NCBI GenBank assembly: GCA_046074745.1
Contig: JBJTOV010000110.1
Span: 1-32,015, forward strand
Direction of reading: 5' to 3'
DNA from: Planctomycetota bacterium
Lineage (GTDB): Bacteria > Planctomycetota > Phycisphaerae > Phycisphaerales > SM1A02
Length of the DNA: 32,015 nt
This document shows positions 1 through 9,090 of the stretch, piece by piece. Position numbers and translations under genes: made by a program. The notes beneath the pieces were generated by a model. That model was not told where the DNA came from. It did not search any database and saw only the letters and a list, made by a program, of their open reading frames with translations. Every line of letters starts with the position of its first letter. Within the stretch, counting starts at the first letter, position 1.

Positions 1-2
1 GG

Positions 3-311
3 CAGAACGCAGGCGGCGAGGCGGCGCACCTTGGCGGCGGCCTCGCGGGTTGGCTGATCATCCGCCATCCGCGGCTGCTCGAGGACTTCTTCGACTTCCT
101 GCGCTTCCTCGACCCGCTGTTCGACAGGCTGCGAGGTCGCCGCGCGGCGCAGAGCACGCCGTTCCGCCGGTCGGTCACCGACGAAGACATCGACCGCATC
201 CTGGTCAAGGTGCGCGAGCACGGGCTTGCCAGCCTGAACGCGCGCGAACGCGCCGCGCTCAAGGCCGCGGGCGACGCGCCGTCTGGCCGCGGCCCGCGGG
301 CGGAGAGGTAG
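3..311 (+). CDS. 3' end of a gene entering from the left edge (5' partial); its tail resembles the cytoplasmic C-terminal tail seen on some rhomboid-family proteins
   Basis: Frame 3 is open from the window edge to TAG 309-311. It is absent from the supplied track because it has no in-window start codon. Third codon positions are almost all G/C. Translation: ...LIIRHPRLLEDFFDFLRFLDPLFDRLRGRRAAQSTPFRRSVTDEDIDRILVKVREHGLASLNARERAALKAAG.... The family assignment is from memory and weak. Confidence 0.45.
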   Translation, partial: QNAGGEAAHLGGGLAGWLIIRHPRLLEDFFDFLRFLDPLFDRLRGRRAAQSTPFRRSVTDEDIDRILVKVREHGLASLNARERAALKAAGDAPSGRGPRAER

Positions 312-314
312 CGC

Positions 315-1535
315 ATGGCCGCGGGCCGTGACGCGATCCGCTTCGAGATCCGCGCCCGCTCGCGCAGCACGCGCGCGCGGCTTGGCCGCGTGGAGACGCC
401 GCACGGCGCGTACCAGACGCCCGCGTTCATGCCTGTCGCGACCGCAGCCACGATGAAGGGCCTGACGCCCGACCAGATCACCTCGACGGGCGCCGAGATC
501 ATCCTGAACAACGCGTACCACCTGATGCTGCGCCCGGGCGCCGAGCGCGTGGCGCATTTCGGCGGCAGCCACGGGTTCATGCGTTGGCCGAAGCCGATCC
601 TGACCGACTCGGGCGGCTTTCAGGCGTGGTCGATGACCGAGGGCACGAAGATCAGCGAGGAGGGCGTCGAGTTCCGCTCGTTCATCGACGGTTCGCGCAT
701 CCTGCTCACGCCCGAGCGCTCGATCGAGGTGCAGAACCTGATCGGCTCGGACATCATGATGGCGTTCGACGACTGCCCGCCTGCGGCGCTGTCCGAGCAG
801 CCGCCCGACGACCCGCAGCTGTCGCGTAAGCGCCGCTCGCGGCCCGAGGACCATCGGCGCCGGCTCGAGGAGGCGATCGACCGCACGGCGCGCTGGCTCG
901 GCCGCTCGATCGCCGCCCACAGGCGCCCGACCGAGCAGGCGTTGTTCGGCATCGTGCAGGGCGGCACCGACCTCGACCTTCGCCGACGGAGCGTGGAGCA
1001 GGTGTGCGCGTTCGACCTCGCGGGCTTCGCGATCGGCGGGGTGGCGGTGGGAGAGAGCCCGAGCGAGATCCACCGCACGGTCGATGCGGTCGCGCCGATG
1101 CTGCCCGATGGCAAGCCGCGCTACCTGATGGGGGTCGGCTACGAGCGCGACATCGTGGCGGCCGTGAAGGCGGGGGTTGACATGTTCGACTGCGTCCTGC
1201 CCACGCGGAACGGCCGCAAGGGCTACGCCTTCACGGCAACGGGCGCGCTTCGCATCCGGAACGCCCGCCACACGCTCGACACGGGCCCGATCGACCCCGC
1301 CTGCGACTGCCTTGCGTGCGCGGGGGGGTTCTCGCGGGGGTACCTGCGGCACCTCTTCATGGCCGAGGAAATGCTCGGACCGACCCTCCTGAGCATCCAT
1401 AACCTCCGTCACTTCCAGCGCCTGATGGTGGACATTCGGGCGGCGATCGTGGAAGATGCGTGGTCCGATCTCGAGGTCCGGTGGCCGGTTCTGCGCGAAG
1501 TGGAACCGACAGGCGAGGTCGGCCGAGGTCCGTAG
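315..1535 (+). CDS. tgt: tRNA-guanine transglycosylase (queuine tRNA-ribosyltransferase)
   Basis: 406-aa ORF with Tgt hallmarks: LTDSGGFQ, MAFDDC, GGVAVGE, RYLMGVG, FDCVLPTRN and the zinc site CDCLAC...YLRHL. It sits in the conserved tgt-yajC-secDF order. It carries a roughly 20-aa basic insertion (about residues 157-183) relative to E. coli Tgt as I recall it. Confidence 0.95.
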   Translation: MAAGRDAIRFEIRARSRSTRARLGRVETPHGAYQTPAFMPVATAATMKGLTPDQITSTGAEIILNNAYHLMLRPGAERVAHFGGSHGFMRWPKPILTDSGGFQAWSMTEGTKISEEGVEFRSFIDGSRILLTPERSIEVQNLIGSDIMMAFDDCPPAALSEQPPDDPQLSRKRRSRPEDHRRRLEEAIDRTARWLGRSIAAHRRPTEQALFGIVQGGTDLDLRRRSVEQVCAFDLAGFAIGGVAVGESPSEIHRTVDAVAPMLPDGKPRYLMGVGYERDIVAAVKAGVDMFDCVLPTRNGRKGYAFTATGALRIRNARHTLDTGPIDPACDCLACAGGFSRGYLRHLFMAEEMLGPTLLSIHNLRHFQRLMVDIRAAIVEDAWSDLEVRWPVLREVEPTGEVGRGP

Positions 1536-1616
1536 CCGATCGAGCCGATCGAAGGCGGCCCACGGAGAGTCCCAAGTTGCGATAACCTACAGGCCTTCCC
1601 TCGGGAGGCCTCGAAG

Positions 1617-2084
1617 ATGCACAACCCCGTGAGCCTGCTCAACATGAAGCTCGACATGAAGCTCGACATGAACTCCAACGCGATGCCGTTTCCGCTTCCC
1701 GCCCTCCTCGCGCAGGGCCCCGCCGCCGCGGGAGAGGCGCCCGCGCCTGCTGCAGCCTCGACTCAGGCTCCCGGCACCGCGGATCCAGCCGCGCCGAAGC
1801 CCGCGCCCGGCATCGACTTCATCACGCTGATGATGCTCGGCCTCCTGGTCGCGTTCATCCTGATGACCGTCCTCGGCGGTCGCCGCGAGCGGAAGAAGTT
1901 CGAGCAGATGCTCTCGTCGATCAAGAAGAACGACCAGGTGCGCACGGTGGGCGGCATCATCGGCTCGGTGGTCGAGGTCAAGCCCGATGTGATCGTGCTC
2001 AAGGTCGACGAGACCTCGAACACGAAGATCACGGTGGCCCGCGGCAAGATCGAGGCTGTGATCAAGGAAACGACGACCGCCTGA
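1617..2084 (+). CDS. yajC: preprotein translocase subunit YajC with an N-terminal Ala/Pro-rich extension
   Basis: The C-terminal ~100 aa are typical YajC: a single TM (FITLMMLGLLVAFILMTVLGG), then RRERKKFEQML..KKNDQVRTVGGIIGSVVEV..IVLKVDE..ITVARGKI. GGGAGG at 1603-1608 lies 8 nt before ATG 1617. In-frame ATGs at 1644, 1656, 1668 and 1683 leave the true start uncertain. Confidence 0.85.
   Translation: MHNPVSLLNMKLDMKLDMNSNAMPFPLPALLAQGPAAAGEAPAPAAASTQAPGTADPAAPKPAPGIDFITLMMLGLLVAFILMTVLGGRRERKKFEQMLSSIKKNDQVRTVGGIIGSVVEVKPDVIVLKVDETSNTKITVARGKIEAVIKETTTA
1644..1672 (+). repeat. 12-nt tandem repeat ATGAAGCTCGAC x2 plus a partial third unit, inside the 5' end of yajC
   Basis: Direct reading: atgaagctcgac atgaagctcgac atgaa, encoding MKLD MKLD M. 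Each unit begins with an in-frame ATG. Confidence 0.9.
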
Positions 2085-2191
2085 ACGGGCGGTGCGCACG
2101 GCCTGCAGGATGCGGGTCCGTGCTTCGTCCGCGCAGTTCCTTTCGCGCGGACCGGCAAGCGACATGACAGCGACACGACAGGATTGATCCC

Positions 2192-5100
2192 ATGAAGAAC
2201 ATCTGGCTGAAGCTCGCGATCGTCGCCGCACTCACCGCAGTGTGCGGCTGGATCCTCTCCGAGAAGGGCATCCGCCTCGGCAAGGACCTCAAGGGCGGCG
2301 TGAGCCTGGTCTACTCGGTGAAGGTGCCCGACAACCAGCCGTCCGACCAGGTGCTCGGCCAGGTGATCGATGTGCTCAAGCAGCGCGTCAATCCGCAGGG
2401 CGTGCTCGACATCGCCATGCAGCCGCAGGGCAACGACCGCATCGAGGTCGTCATGCCGCTGCCCTCGGACGAGGTGCGTGCGCTGCAGGTCGAGGCGAAG
2501 AAGCGCCTTGCCGAGTTCGTGTCGAAGACCCAGATGTCGGCCACCGACCTCGACGCCGCGCTGCTCTCGGGCAACGCCGTGGCGCGCTTCGGCCAGCAGA
2601 ATCCGTCGGTCGCCGAGCTCGAGCAGGCCTACCAGCAGCTGCTTGGAGCCCGCACCGACCTCGCGAAGGCGAAGGCCGACAATGCCGACGCGGCGGCGAT
2701 TGGTTCCGCCGAGGACCGCGTGGTGGCCGCCGAGATCCGCGTCGACGGCCTGCGCACGGCGGTCCTCGCGCGCACGCTGCCCGAGCCGCGTCTCACCAAG
2801 GCGCTCACCCTTTCGACCACGCCACAGCCCGAGCGCGACGCCGAGGGCAAGCCCGTCATGGGCGCCGATGGCAAGCCGAAGCTCGGACCGAGCCCGCGCG
2901 AGGTAGAGCTGGCCGCGATCAAGGCGGAGTTCCCGTCGCTGGCGGCGGAGCTCGACGGTCTTGTCACCGCGAACGACGCGTACCTTGCCAAGCGCACGGG
3001 TCTCGACGACCCCGAGGGCCTCATGCGCCTCATGCGCGGCGCGGGCGTGCTCGACTTCCGCATCGCCGTCAACCCCGTGGGCATGACGGGCGTCAACCCC
3101 GCCGAGATGCGCGCCGAGCTCGCGTCGAAGGGTCCGCGCTCGGGCGAGCCCGGCGTGGCGCTCTGGTTCAAGGTCAACGAGCTGCAGCAGTGGTACGAGA
3201 AGGCCGAGCAGCGCGACCAGATGATGGCCGATCCCGCCGGCTACTTCGCGGCCAACTACAACCTGGTCGCGGGCACCTTCGGCGGCGAGATCTACATCCT
3301 GCTCCACGACAGCGACGCGAAGTCGATGACGCACCGCGCCGGCACCTCGTGGGCGCTCACCAACGCGTACCGCGCGGTCGATCCGCGCCTCGGCTCGGCC
3401 GCGGTCGGCTTCCAGCTCGACCAGAACGGCGCGCAGCTGATGAGCCGCCTCACCACCGCCCATCAGGGCGAGAACATGGCGATCGTCCTCGACGAAGAGG
3501 TGTACAGCGCGCCGCGCCTGAACAGCGCGATCTCGAACTCGGGCATCATCACGGGCCAGTTCTCGCCCGAGGAGATCGCCTACCTGATCCGCGTGCTCAC
3601 CGCGGGCAGCCTCGAGGCCAAGGTCTCGAGCGACCCGATCTCGGTGAACATCCTCGGCCCGTCGATCGGCGCCGACAACTTCGAGAAGGGCATCGAGGCG
3701 ACCATCCTGTCGGTCGCGATCACCTGCATCGTGATGCTGCTGTGGTACTTCCTGGCAGGCGTGGTGGCCGACATCGCGCTGGCCGTGAACACGATGCTCA
3801 TCTTCGGCATCATGGCGCTCATCGACGGCACCTTCACGCTGCCCGGACTTGCGGGCATCGCGCTGTCGGTCGCCATGGCGGTCGACGCGAATGTGCTGAT
3901 CTACGAACGCGTCCGCGAGGAACTGGCGAGCGGCATGCCGCTGCGCGCCGCCATCGCCACCGCGTACAAGCGCGCGCTCAGCGCCATCGTCGACGGCAAC
4001 ATCACGAACCTCATCGTCTGCATCGTGCTCTACAAGGTGGGCGCGACCGAGGTGAAGGGCTTCGCGCTCACGATGTCGATCGGCGTGCTCACCACGCTGT
4101 TCACGGGCGTGTGGCTCACCCGCGTGCTGTTCGAACTGTTCCTGTCGATGGGCCTTCGGAACCTCTCGATGCTGCCGACGGTCGTTCCCGCGATCTCGCG
4201 GGCGCTCCTTCCGAGCGTCGACTGGATCAAGCTGCGCCCCGCGCTGTTCGGATTCAGCGCGCTGCTCGCGGTCGTGTCAATCTTCGCCTTCCTCAGCCGC
4301 GGCAACGATGTGTACGAGACCGAGTTCCGCGGCGGCGTGGCCATGACCCTGACCACGCGCATGGCGAACGCGGGCGAGAACGCCACCACCGACGGCCGCA
4401 AGGGCTTCAGCCGCGCCGAGATGGAGTCGCGCATCCGCGAGTTGGGCCGCAAGGCGTCCGACGACATCGTGGTGTCGCAGCTCGCCTCGGCCAATGTGCT
4501 GACCGCGGGCGACACCAGCGCCAACGGCCTGTCGTCGCAGTTCGTGATCCGCGTCGGTAACCCGACCAATCCGCCCGAGGGCTTCGACGAGGCCCGCATC
4601 ACCCGCGATGTGGTCGCCGCGGTGGTCGACGAGCTGTCGACCGATCTCGATGTCCGCCTGCCGCTTGCCTTCAAGGGCTCGGACCAGACGGCGGCGGGTA
4701 CCCACACCCCGTTCACCCGTCCGCTCGAGAAGGCGTTGGTGGGCGCGTCGCTCGGTCGCCCCGAGGTCGCGGCCGAACCCGTGGGCGAGTTCCGCGGTGG
4801 CGTTGCCATCGTGATCGACGACCTGAACCCCCCGGTCAGCGCCGCCGATGTCGCGGAGCGCGTGTCGCGCATGCGCTCGCAGCCCGACTGGTCGTCGACC
4901 GCGGGTCGCAAGACCAAGGTGGTCGGGCTTGCCCCCGTCGATGCCGCCCAGCCGAGCGGCCTGCAGAAGTCGGTCGCCGTTCTTGTCAGCGATCCCGACC
5001 TTTCGAGCCTCGCCGTCGAGCTCGATGTCTGGGATCGCAGCCTGGCCAGCACCGAGTGGTCGCTCGTGCAGCAGGCGCTGACCCAGCAGGCCAGCCTCGA

Positions 5101-5725
5101 TCAGGTGTCGAGCTTCAGCCCGGTCGTCGCCCAGAACCTGGCCGCCACCGCGGTGGTGGCCGTGATCCTGAGCCTGATCGGCATGCTTGGCTACATCTGG
5201 GTGCGCTTCGGAAGCTTCCGCTTCTCGACCGCCAAGGTCGTTGGCGTCGCCTTCAATGTCTGCGTGTGCCTCGGATTTCTGTCCATCTCGATCCCGCTGG
5301 CCTCAACTGGATTGGGTGCAGCGCTTTACATCGAGGAGTACCGCATCGACCTCAATGTCGTCGCGGGCCTGCTGACGATCATCGGATACTCGCTGAACGA
5401 CACCATCGTCATCCTCGACCGCGTGCGCGAGAACCGCGGCAAGCGCACCTGGATCAGCGCAGAGACCGTCAACCTCTCCATCAACCAGACCTTCAGCCGC
5501 ACCGTGCTCACGGGCGGCAGCACGCTGGCCACGGCGATCATCCTGATCGTCCTCGGCGGCACGGGCATTCGGCCCTTCGCCTACACCTTCCTGATCGGCC
5601 TCATCGCGGGTACCTACTCGTCGGTGGCGATCGCCGCGCCGTTGGTGTACAGTCGCAAGGAGGAAGAGGCAGAGCGCGCGAAAGTCGCTATTGCTCCAAC
5701 GAGCGCTGTGCCGATGACTGCGTGA
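2192..5725 (+). CDS. secDF: fused protein translocase subunit SecDF
   Basis: Single 1177-aa ORF. The N-terminus is a TM followed by GKDLKGGVSLVY, typical of SecD. The first six-TM block covers about residues 500-650 (AMAVDANVLIYERVREE). A second TM at about residues 685-700 is followed by EFRGGV (typical SecF start) and a second six-TM block at about residues 985-1150 (GYSLNDTIVILDRVREN). It lies directly downstream of yajC. Confidence 0.93.
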   Translation: MKNIWLKLAIVAALTAVCGWILSEKGIRLGKDLKGGVSLVYSVKVPDNQPSDQVLGQVIDVLKQRVNPQGVLDIAMQPQGNDRIEVVMPLPSDEVRALQVEAKKRLAEFVSKTQMSATDLDAALLSGNAVARFGQQNPSVAELEQAYQQLLGARTDLAKAKADNADAAAIGSAEDRVVAAEIRVDGLRTAVLARTLPEPRLTKALTLSTTPQPERDAEGKPVMGADGKPKLGPSPREVELAAIKAEFPSLAAELDGLVTANDAYLAKRTGLDDPEGLMRLMRGAGVLDFRIAVNPVGMTGVNPAEMRAELASKGPRSGEPGVALWFKVNELQQWYEKAEQRDQMMADPAGYFAANYNLVAGTFGGEIYILLHDSDAKSMTHRAGTSWALTNAYRAVDPRLGSAAVGFQLDQNGAQLMSRLTTAHQGENMAIVLDEEVYSAPRLNSAISNSGIITGQFSPEEIAYLIRVLTAGSLEAKVSSDPISVNILGPSIGADNFEKGIEATILSVAITCIVMLLWYFLAGVVADIALAVNTMLIFGIMALIDGTFTLPGLAGIALSVAMAVDANVLIYERVREELASGMPLRAAIATAYKRALSAIVDGNITNLIVCIVLYKVGATEVKGFALTMSIGVLTTLFTGVWLTRVLFELFLSMGLRNLSMLPTVVPAISRALLPSVDWIKLRPALFGFSALLAVVSIFAFLSRGNDVYETEFRGGVAMTLTTRMANAGENATTDGRKGFSRAEMESRIRELGRKASDDIVVSQLASANVLTAGDTSANGLSSQFVIRVGNPTNPPEGFDEARITRDVVAAVVDELSTDLDVRLPLAFKGSDQTAAGTHTPFTRPLEKALVGASLGRPEVAAEPVGEFRGGVAIVIDDLNPPVSAADVAERVSRMRSQPDWSSTAGRKTKVVGLAPVDAAQPSGLQKSVAVLVSDPDLSSLAVELDVWDRSLASTEWSLVQQALTQQASLDQVSSFSPVVAQNLAATAVVAVILSLIGMLGYIWVRFGSFRFSTAKVVGVAFNVCVCLGFLSISIPLASTGLGAALYIEEYRIDLNVVAGLLTIIGYSLNDTIVILDRVRENRGKRTWISAETVNLSINQTFSRTVLTGGSTLATAIILIVLGGTGIRPFAYTFLIGLIAGTYSSVAIAAPLVYSRKEEEAERAKVAIAPTSAVPMTA

Positions 5726-5819
5726 GTAAATCACGACTTTTCGCGGACCCTCGCCGGAACGGATGCCGGAGCACGAGGTCCGCTCGCACTTGCGATACCG
5801 TCGCACAATCGAGCACAAC

Positions 5820-6965
5820 ATGCCGACCGGTACCAAGATCGCAACGATCGTTCTTGTCGTTCTCCTCGGTGCAGCAGGGCTCTACTACGCCTTTGTTGCA
5901 CCGCCCGCCTCCAACACGAAGTCGAACGCCGAGAAGGAGCCCGGCACCACGACTTCCACCGCACCGACGGGCCCGAGCACGCTGACGCTCACCCCGACGA
6001 CCGGCACTGGCGTGACCGCGCCGACCACGGCGCCGATGCCGACCAACGGCACCGCGGCGAACACGCCTCGCGGCAACCAGCCCACCTTCGCCCCCGGCAC
6101 GCTGGGGCCCGCAGGCACGGGGAAGGGTGATTCGTTCGCAACCAACACGGGCACGAACACGGGCACGGGCTTCGGCACGGGCACGACAGGCACGACGGGC
6201 ACGACGGGCGCGCTCCCGCCGAACGGTCTCGCGACGGGCGGAAGCAATACTTCCCGTCCGACCTCGCCGACCGGTCAGGGCAATGGCTTTACCAACGGTT
6301 TCCCGAGCAACAACCAGGGCACGGCTCCCGCAGGCAACCCGCTTGCGAGCAACCCGGGCTTCGGCACGACTGCGGGTGGCACCTCGACGGGCGGACCGGC
6401 TCCGCTTGGAACCGGCACGGGTTCGACGAACGCGTCGGGTGCGTCCACGGGCCCATCGACTGGGGGTTCATCGACTGGATCCACGGCTCCTTCCACCACC
6501 GGTGAGCGCACCCATGTGATCGCCTCGGGCGACACCTTCTCGACGATCGCCCAGAAGTACTACGGCAGCGCCAACAAGTGGCAGGTCATCGCGAAGGCGA
6601 ACCCGCTGGTCAGCGCCGATCGCCTGAAGATCGGCACCAAGATCCGCATTCCCGACGCGGGCACCACCACGACCGCATCGAAGGCGACCACTCCGAGCCT
6701 GGGAACCTCGCCCACGGCCCCGACGGGTGCGACGGCCAACGCGGGCAGCTCCGCGGGCGGAACGGGCAGCTTCCATGTCGTCTCCTCGGGCGACACGCTT
6801 TCCTCGCTCGCCCGCAAGTACTACGGCTCGACCAAGTACTGGGAGAAGCTCTACACCGCGAACAAGTCGACCATCGGGGCGAACCCCGCGAACCTGAAGG
6901 TCGGTCAGAAGCTCAGCGTTCCGCCCAAGACGACCATCGTCTCGGGCGAGAATGTGGGCGGATAA
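5820..6965 (+). CDS. membrane-anchored LysM-domain (peptidoglycan-binding) protein with a long Thr/Gly/Pro/Asn-rich linker
   Basis: Two clear LysM repeats: THVIASGDTFSTIAQKYYGSANKWQVIAKANP..LKIGTKIRIP and FHVVSSGDTLSSLARKYYGSTKYWEKLYTANK..LKVGQKLSVP. I chose ATG 5820 because it gives MPTGTKIATIVLVVLLGAAGLYYAF, an N-terminal TM anchor. The track start 5763 adds 19 non-hydrophobic residues. Confidence 0.85.
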   Translation: MPTGTKIATIVLVVLLGAAGLYYAFVAPPASNTKSNAEKEPGTTTSTAPTGPSTLTLTPTTGTGVTAPTTAPMPTNGTAANTPRGNQPTFAPGTLGPAGTGKGDSFATNTGTNTGTGFGTGTTGTTGTTGALPPNGLATGGSNTSRPTSPTGQGNGFTNGFPSNNQGTAPAGNPLASNPGFGTTAGGTSTGGPAPLGTGTGSTNASGASTGPSTGGSSTGSTAPSTTGERTHVIASGDTFSTIAQKYYGSANKWQVIAKANPLVSADRLKIGTKIRIPDAGTTTTASKATTPSLGTSPTAPTGATANAGSSAGGTGSFHVVSSGDTLSSLARKYYGSTKYWEKLYTANKSTIGANPANLKVGQKLSVPPKTTIVSGENVGG

Positions 6966-6999
6966 AGACGCGGGCTCTCCCGCTCGATTGATGCATGTG

Positions 7000-7033
7000 C
7001 GGATGGCGCTTTCGGGCGCCATCCGTTCTTTTT
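7000..7033 (+). terminator. rho-independent terminator after the LysM gene
   Basis: Perfect 10-bp stem CGGATGGCGC / GCGCCATCCG (7000-7009 and 7016-7025) with a 6-nt loop, followed by TTCTTTTT. It lies 35 nt after the stop codon. Confidence 0.65.
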
Positions 7034-7071
7034 CCGAGGTCGCTATCTTCCGCGCTTTCCAAGGATCCCTC

Positions 7072-8094
7072 ATGCCAACGAAGGTCGTGCTCATCCCGGG
7101 TGACGGAATCGGACCAGAGGTCGCGCAGGCGTCGCGGAAGGTGATTGACGCCGCGGGCGCGGACATCGAGTGGACGGTTCGCCATGCGGGCGAAGCGGCG
7201 CTCGCCGCGGGAGAGAAGGCGCTGCTTCCGCAGTCGACGCTCGACCTGATCGCCGACTACGGCGTCGCGCTGAAGGGACCGTGCACGACGCCCGTCGGCA
7301 CCGGTTTCCGTTCGGTCAATGTGCTTCTGCGCAAGACCCTCGATCTGTACGCGGCCGTGCGGCCGATCCGCACCATGGCGGGCGTGAAGTCGCGCTACGA
7401 GAATGTCGACCTCGTGATCGTCCGCGAGAACACCGAGGGCCTGTACGCGGGCATCGAGAACGAGATCGCGAAGGGCGTGTGCACGAGCATCAAGGTCGCC
7501 ACCGAGTCGGCCTCGCGCCGCATCGCCGACTATGCCTTCCGCTATGCGCGCGAGCGCGGCCGCAAGAAGGTGAGCGTGTTCCACAAGGCGAACATCATGA
7601 AGCTCACCGATGGCCTGTTCATCCGCTGCGCGCGCGAGGTGCACGACGCGTCCTACCAGGACATCGCCTACGAGGAAGTGATCGTCGACGCCGCCTGCAT
7701 GAAGATGGTGCAGGATCCGACCAAGTTCGATGTGATCCTGGCGGAGAACCTGTACGGCGACATCATGAGCGACCTGTGCGCGGGCCTCGTCGGTGGCCTC
7801 GGCGTCACGCCGGGCGCGAACATCGGCGAGAAGGGTGCTGTCTTCGAGGCCGTGCACGGATCCGCTCCCGACATCGCCGGCAAGGGCGTGGCGAATCCGC
7901 TCGCGCTCGTCATGTCGGGCGTGATGATGCTGAACTGGCTCAGCGCAACCCGAGGCAGCCCGAAGTTCCGCGAGTGCGCTGGCCGCATCAGGAACGCCTA
8001 CGACCGCGCGCTCTCCGAGGGCGCCGTCACGCGTGACCTGGGCGGAACGCTCGGCACGATGGAATTCGCCGACGCGCTGATCAAGCGGCTCTGA
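7072..8094 (+). CDS. isocitrate/isopropylmalate dehydrogenase family enzyme, most like NAD-dependent isocitrate dehydrogenase
   Basis: 340 aa from ATG 7072 (MPTKVVLIPGDGIGPEV). Motifs KGPCTTPVGTGFRSVNVLLRKTLDLYAAVRP, VIVRENTEGLY, HKANIMKLTDGLF, ENLYGDIMSDL and HGSAPDIAGKG.ANP match the IDH3-like NAD-IDH subgroup as I recall it. The 40 codons upstream in the track ORF overlap the terminator and look non-coding. Confidence 0.88.
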   Translation: MPTKVVLIPGDGIGPEVAQASRKVIDAAGADIEWTVRHAGEAALAAGEKALLPQSTLDLIADYGVALKGPCTTPVGTGFRSVNVLLRKTLDLYAAVRPIRTMAGVKSRYENVDLVIVRENTEGLYAGIENEIAKGVCTSIKVATESASRRIADYAFRYARERGRKKVSVFHKANIMKLTDGLFIRCAREVHDASYQDIAYEEVIVDAACMKMVQDPTKFDVILAENLYGDIMSDLCAGLVGGLGVTPGANIGEKGAVFEAVHGSAPDIAGKGVANPLALVMSGVMMLNWLSATRGSPKFRECAGRIRNAYDRALSEGAVTRDLGGTLGTMEFADALIKRL

Positions 8095-8119
8095 AGCGCA
8101 GTTGCCGCATGGGAGGAGC

Positions 8120-9055
8120 ATGGAGCATGTCTCCTACCATCCCGACTATGTGATTCCGCTTCCGGAAGGCCATGCTTTTCCGATGCGGAAGTACGAGTTC
8201 CTGCACGCCATCCTCGCGCGCGAGGGCGTCGTCGGACCGTGGAACCTGCACGAACCCGCCGAGTGTCCGTGGGAAACGCTCGCGCTCGCCCATGACGAGG
8301 CGTACCTCGCGAAACTGCGCGACGGCACGCTTTCGCGCGACGAGGCGCGCCGCATCGGAATGGAGTGGTCGCCGCGCCTCGTGAGGCGCGCGCGGCTCGC
8401 GGTCCAGGGAACGATCGACGCCGCGCATGCCGCGCATCGTTCGCGCTCGCGCATCGCGGCGAACCTCGCGGGCGGAACCCACCACGCCATGCGCGACGCC
8501 GGCGAGGGCTACTGCACCCTGAACGATGTCGCGGTCGCGTCGCGCGTGCTGCAGCGCGAGTACGGTCTGCGGATTCTCGTCGTCGACCTCGATGTCCACC
8601 ACGGCAACGGAACCGCGTCGATCTTCGCGGGCTGCGAAGGCGTGTTCACCTTCTCGATGCACGGCGAGCGCAACTTCCCGCTGCGGAAACCGCCCTCGTC
8701 GCTCGATGTCGGGCTCCCGGACGGCCTCGGCGACGACGGCTATCTCGAGGCGCTGGCCCTGAACCTGCCCCGCGCGGTCGACGCGGCGCGCGCCGACCTC
8801 GCGTTCTATCTCGCGGGCGTCGATGTGGCGAAGGGCGATCGCTTCGGCCGCCTCGCGCTCACGGAGTCGGGGATCGCCGCCCGCGACCGCATGGTGCTCG
8901 AGCATGTCTGGCGGCAGGGGATCGCCACCTGCCTCACGCTGTCGGGTGGCTACGCCCTCGGTGCGGACGGCAAGACCTCCTCCGAGCGCACCGCCGAGCT
9001 GCACGCCATCACGCACCGCGTGGCGCAGCAAGAACTCTCGCGCGCCCCGCGCTGA
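8120..9055 (+). CDS. histone deacetylase-family (HDAC/AcuC-like) zinc-dependent deacetylase
   Basis: MEHVSYHPDYVIPLPEGHAFPMRKY, GGTHHA (tandem His), DLDVHHGNGT, FTFSMHGERNFP, LPDGLGDDGYL. It starts 25 nt after the dehydrogenase stop codon. The track start at 8102 is a TTG; ATG 8120 follows GGGAGGAG. Confidence 0.85.
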   Translation: MEHVSYHPDYVIPLPEGHAFPMRKYEFLHAILAREGVVGPWNLHEPAECPWETLALAHDEAYLAKLRDGTLSRDEARRIGMEWSPRLVRRARLAVQGTIDAAHAAHRSRSRIAANLAGGTHHAMRDAGEGYCTLNDVAVASRVLQREYGLRILVVDLDVHHGNGTASIFAGCEGVFTFSMHGERNFPLRKPPSSLDVGLPDGLGDDGYLEALALNLPRAVDAARADLAFYLAGVDVAKGDRFGRLALTESGIAARDRMVLEHVWRQGIATCLTLSGGYALGADGKTSSERTAELHAITHRVAQQELSRAPR

Positions 9056-9090
9056 TCCCGAAATCCTGCCGTCGCCGACAAGCGATGCGC

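Noticed and set aside
50-331. 93-aa ORF upstream of tgt in the supplied track.
   Set aside because: It is in the wrong frame. Frame 3 across the same DNA has far better codon bias and a sensible protein tail ending at 311. The 50-331 product is Arg/Pro/Ala-rich and overlaps the tgt start.
783-863. Basic insertion of about 20-27 aa (SEQPPDDPQLSRKRRSRPEDHRRRLEEA) in Tgt after the DDC motif.
   Set aside because: All catalytic and zinc-site motifs are intact, and surface-loop insertions are common in high-GC lineages. Nothing suggests a new function.
5743-5783. Imperfect long stem (GCGGACC.CTCG ... CGAGGTCCGC) between secDF and the LysM gene, enclosing the alternative ATG at 5763.
   Set aside because: It has one bulge and no T-run. 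Hairpins of this size are frequent in GC-rich intergenic DNA. I cannot tell an attenuator from chance.
5930-6480. Microsatellite-like ACGGGC/GGCACG runs in the LysM gene (peptide TNTGTNTGTGFGTGTTGTTGTTG); I considered a phase-variable tract.
   Set aside because: The repeats are imperfect and in multiples of three, and they encode a Thr/Gly/Pro linker. That is typical low-complexity spacer sequence, not a frameshift-prone homopolymer or short tandem tract.
7072-9055. Isocitrate dehydrogenase immediately followed by an HDAC-family deacetylase; I considered an acetylation-controlled metabolic switch.
   Set aside because: Adjacency is the only evidence and nothing in either sequence links them. 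It is worth a synteny check but not a finding.
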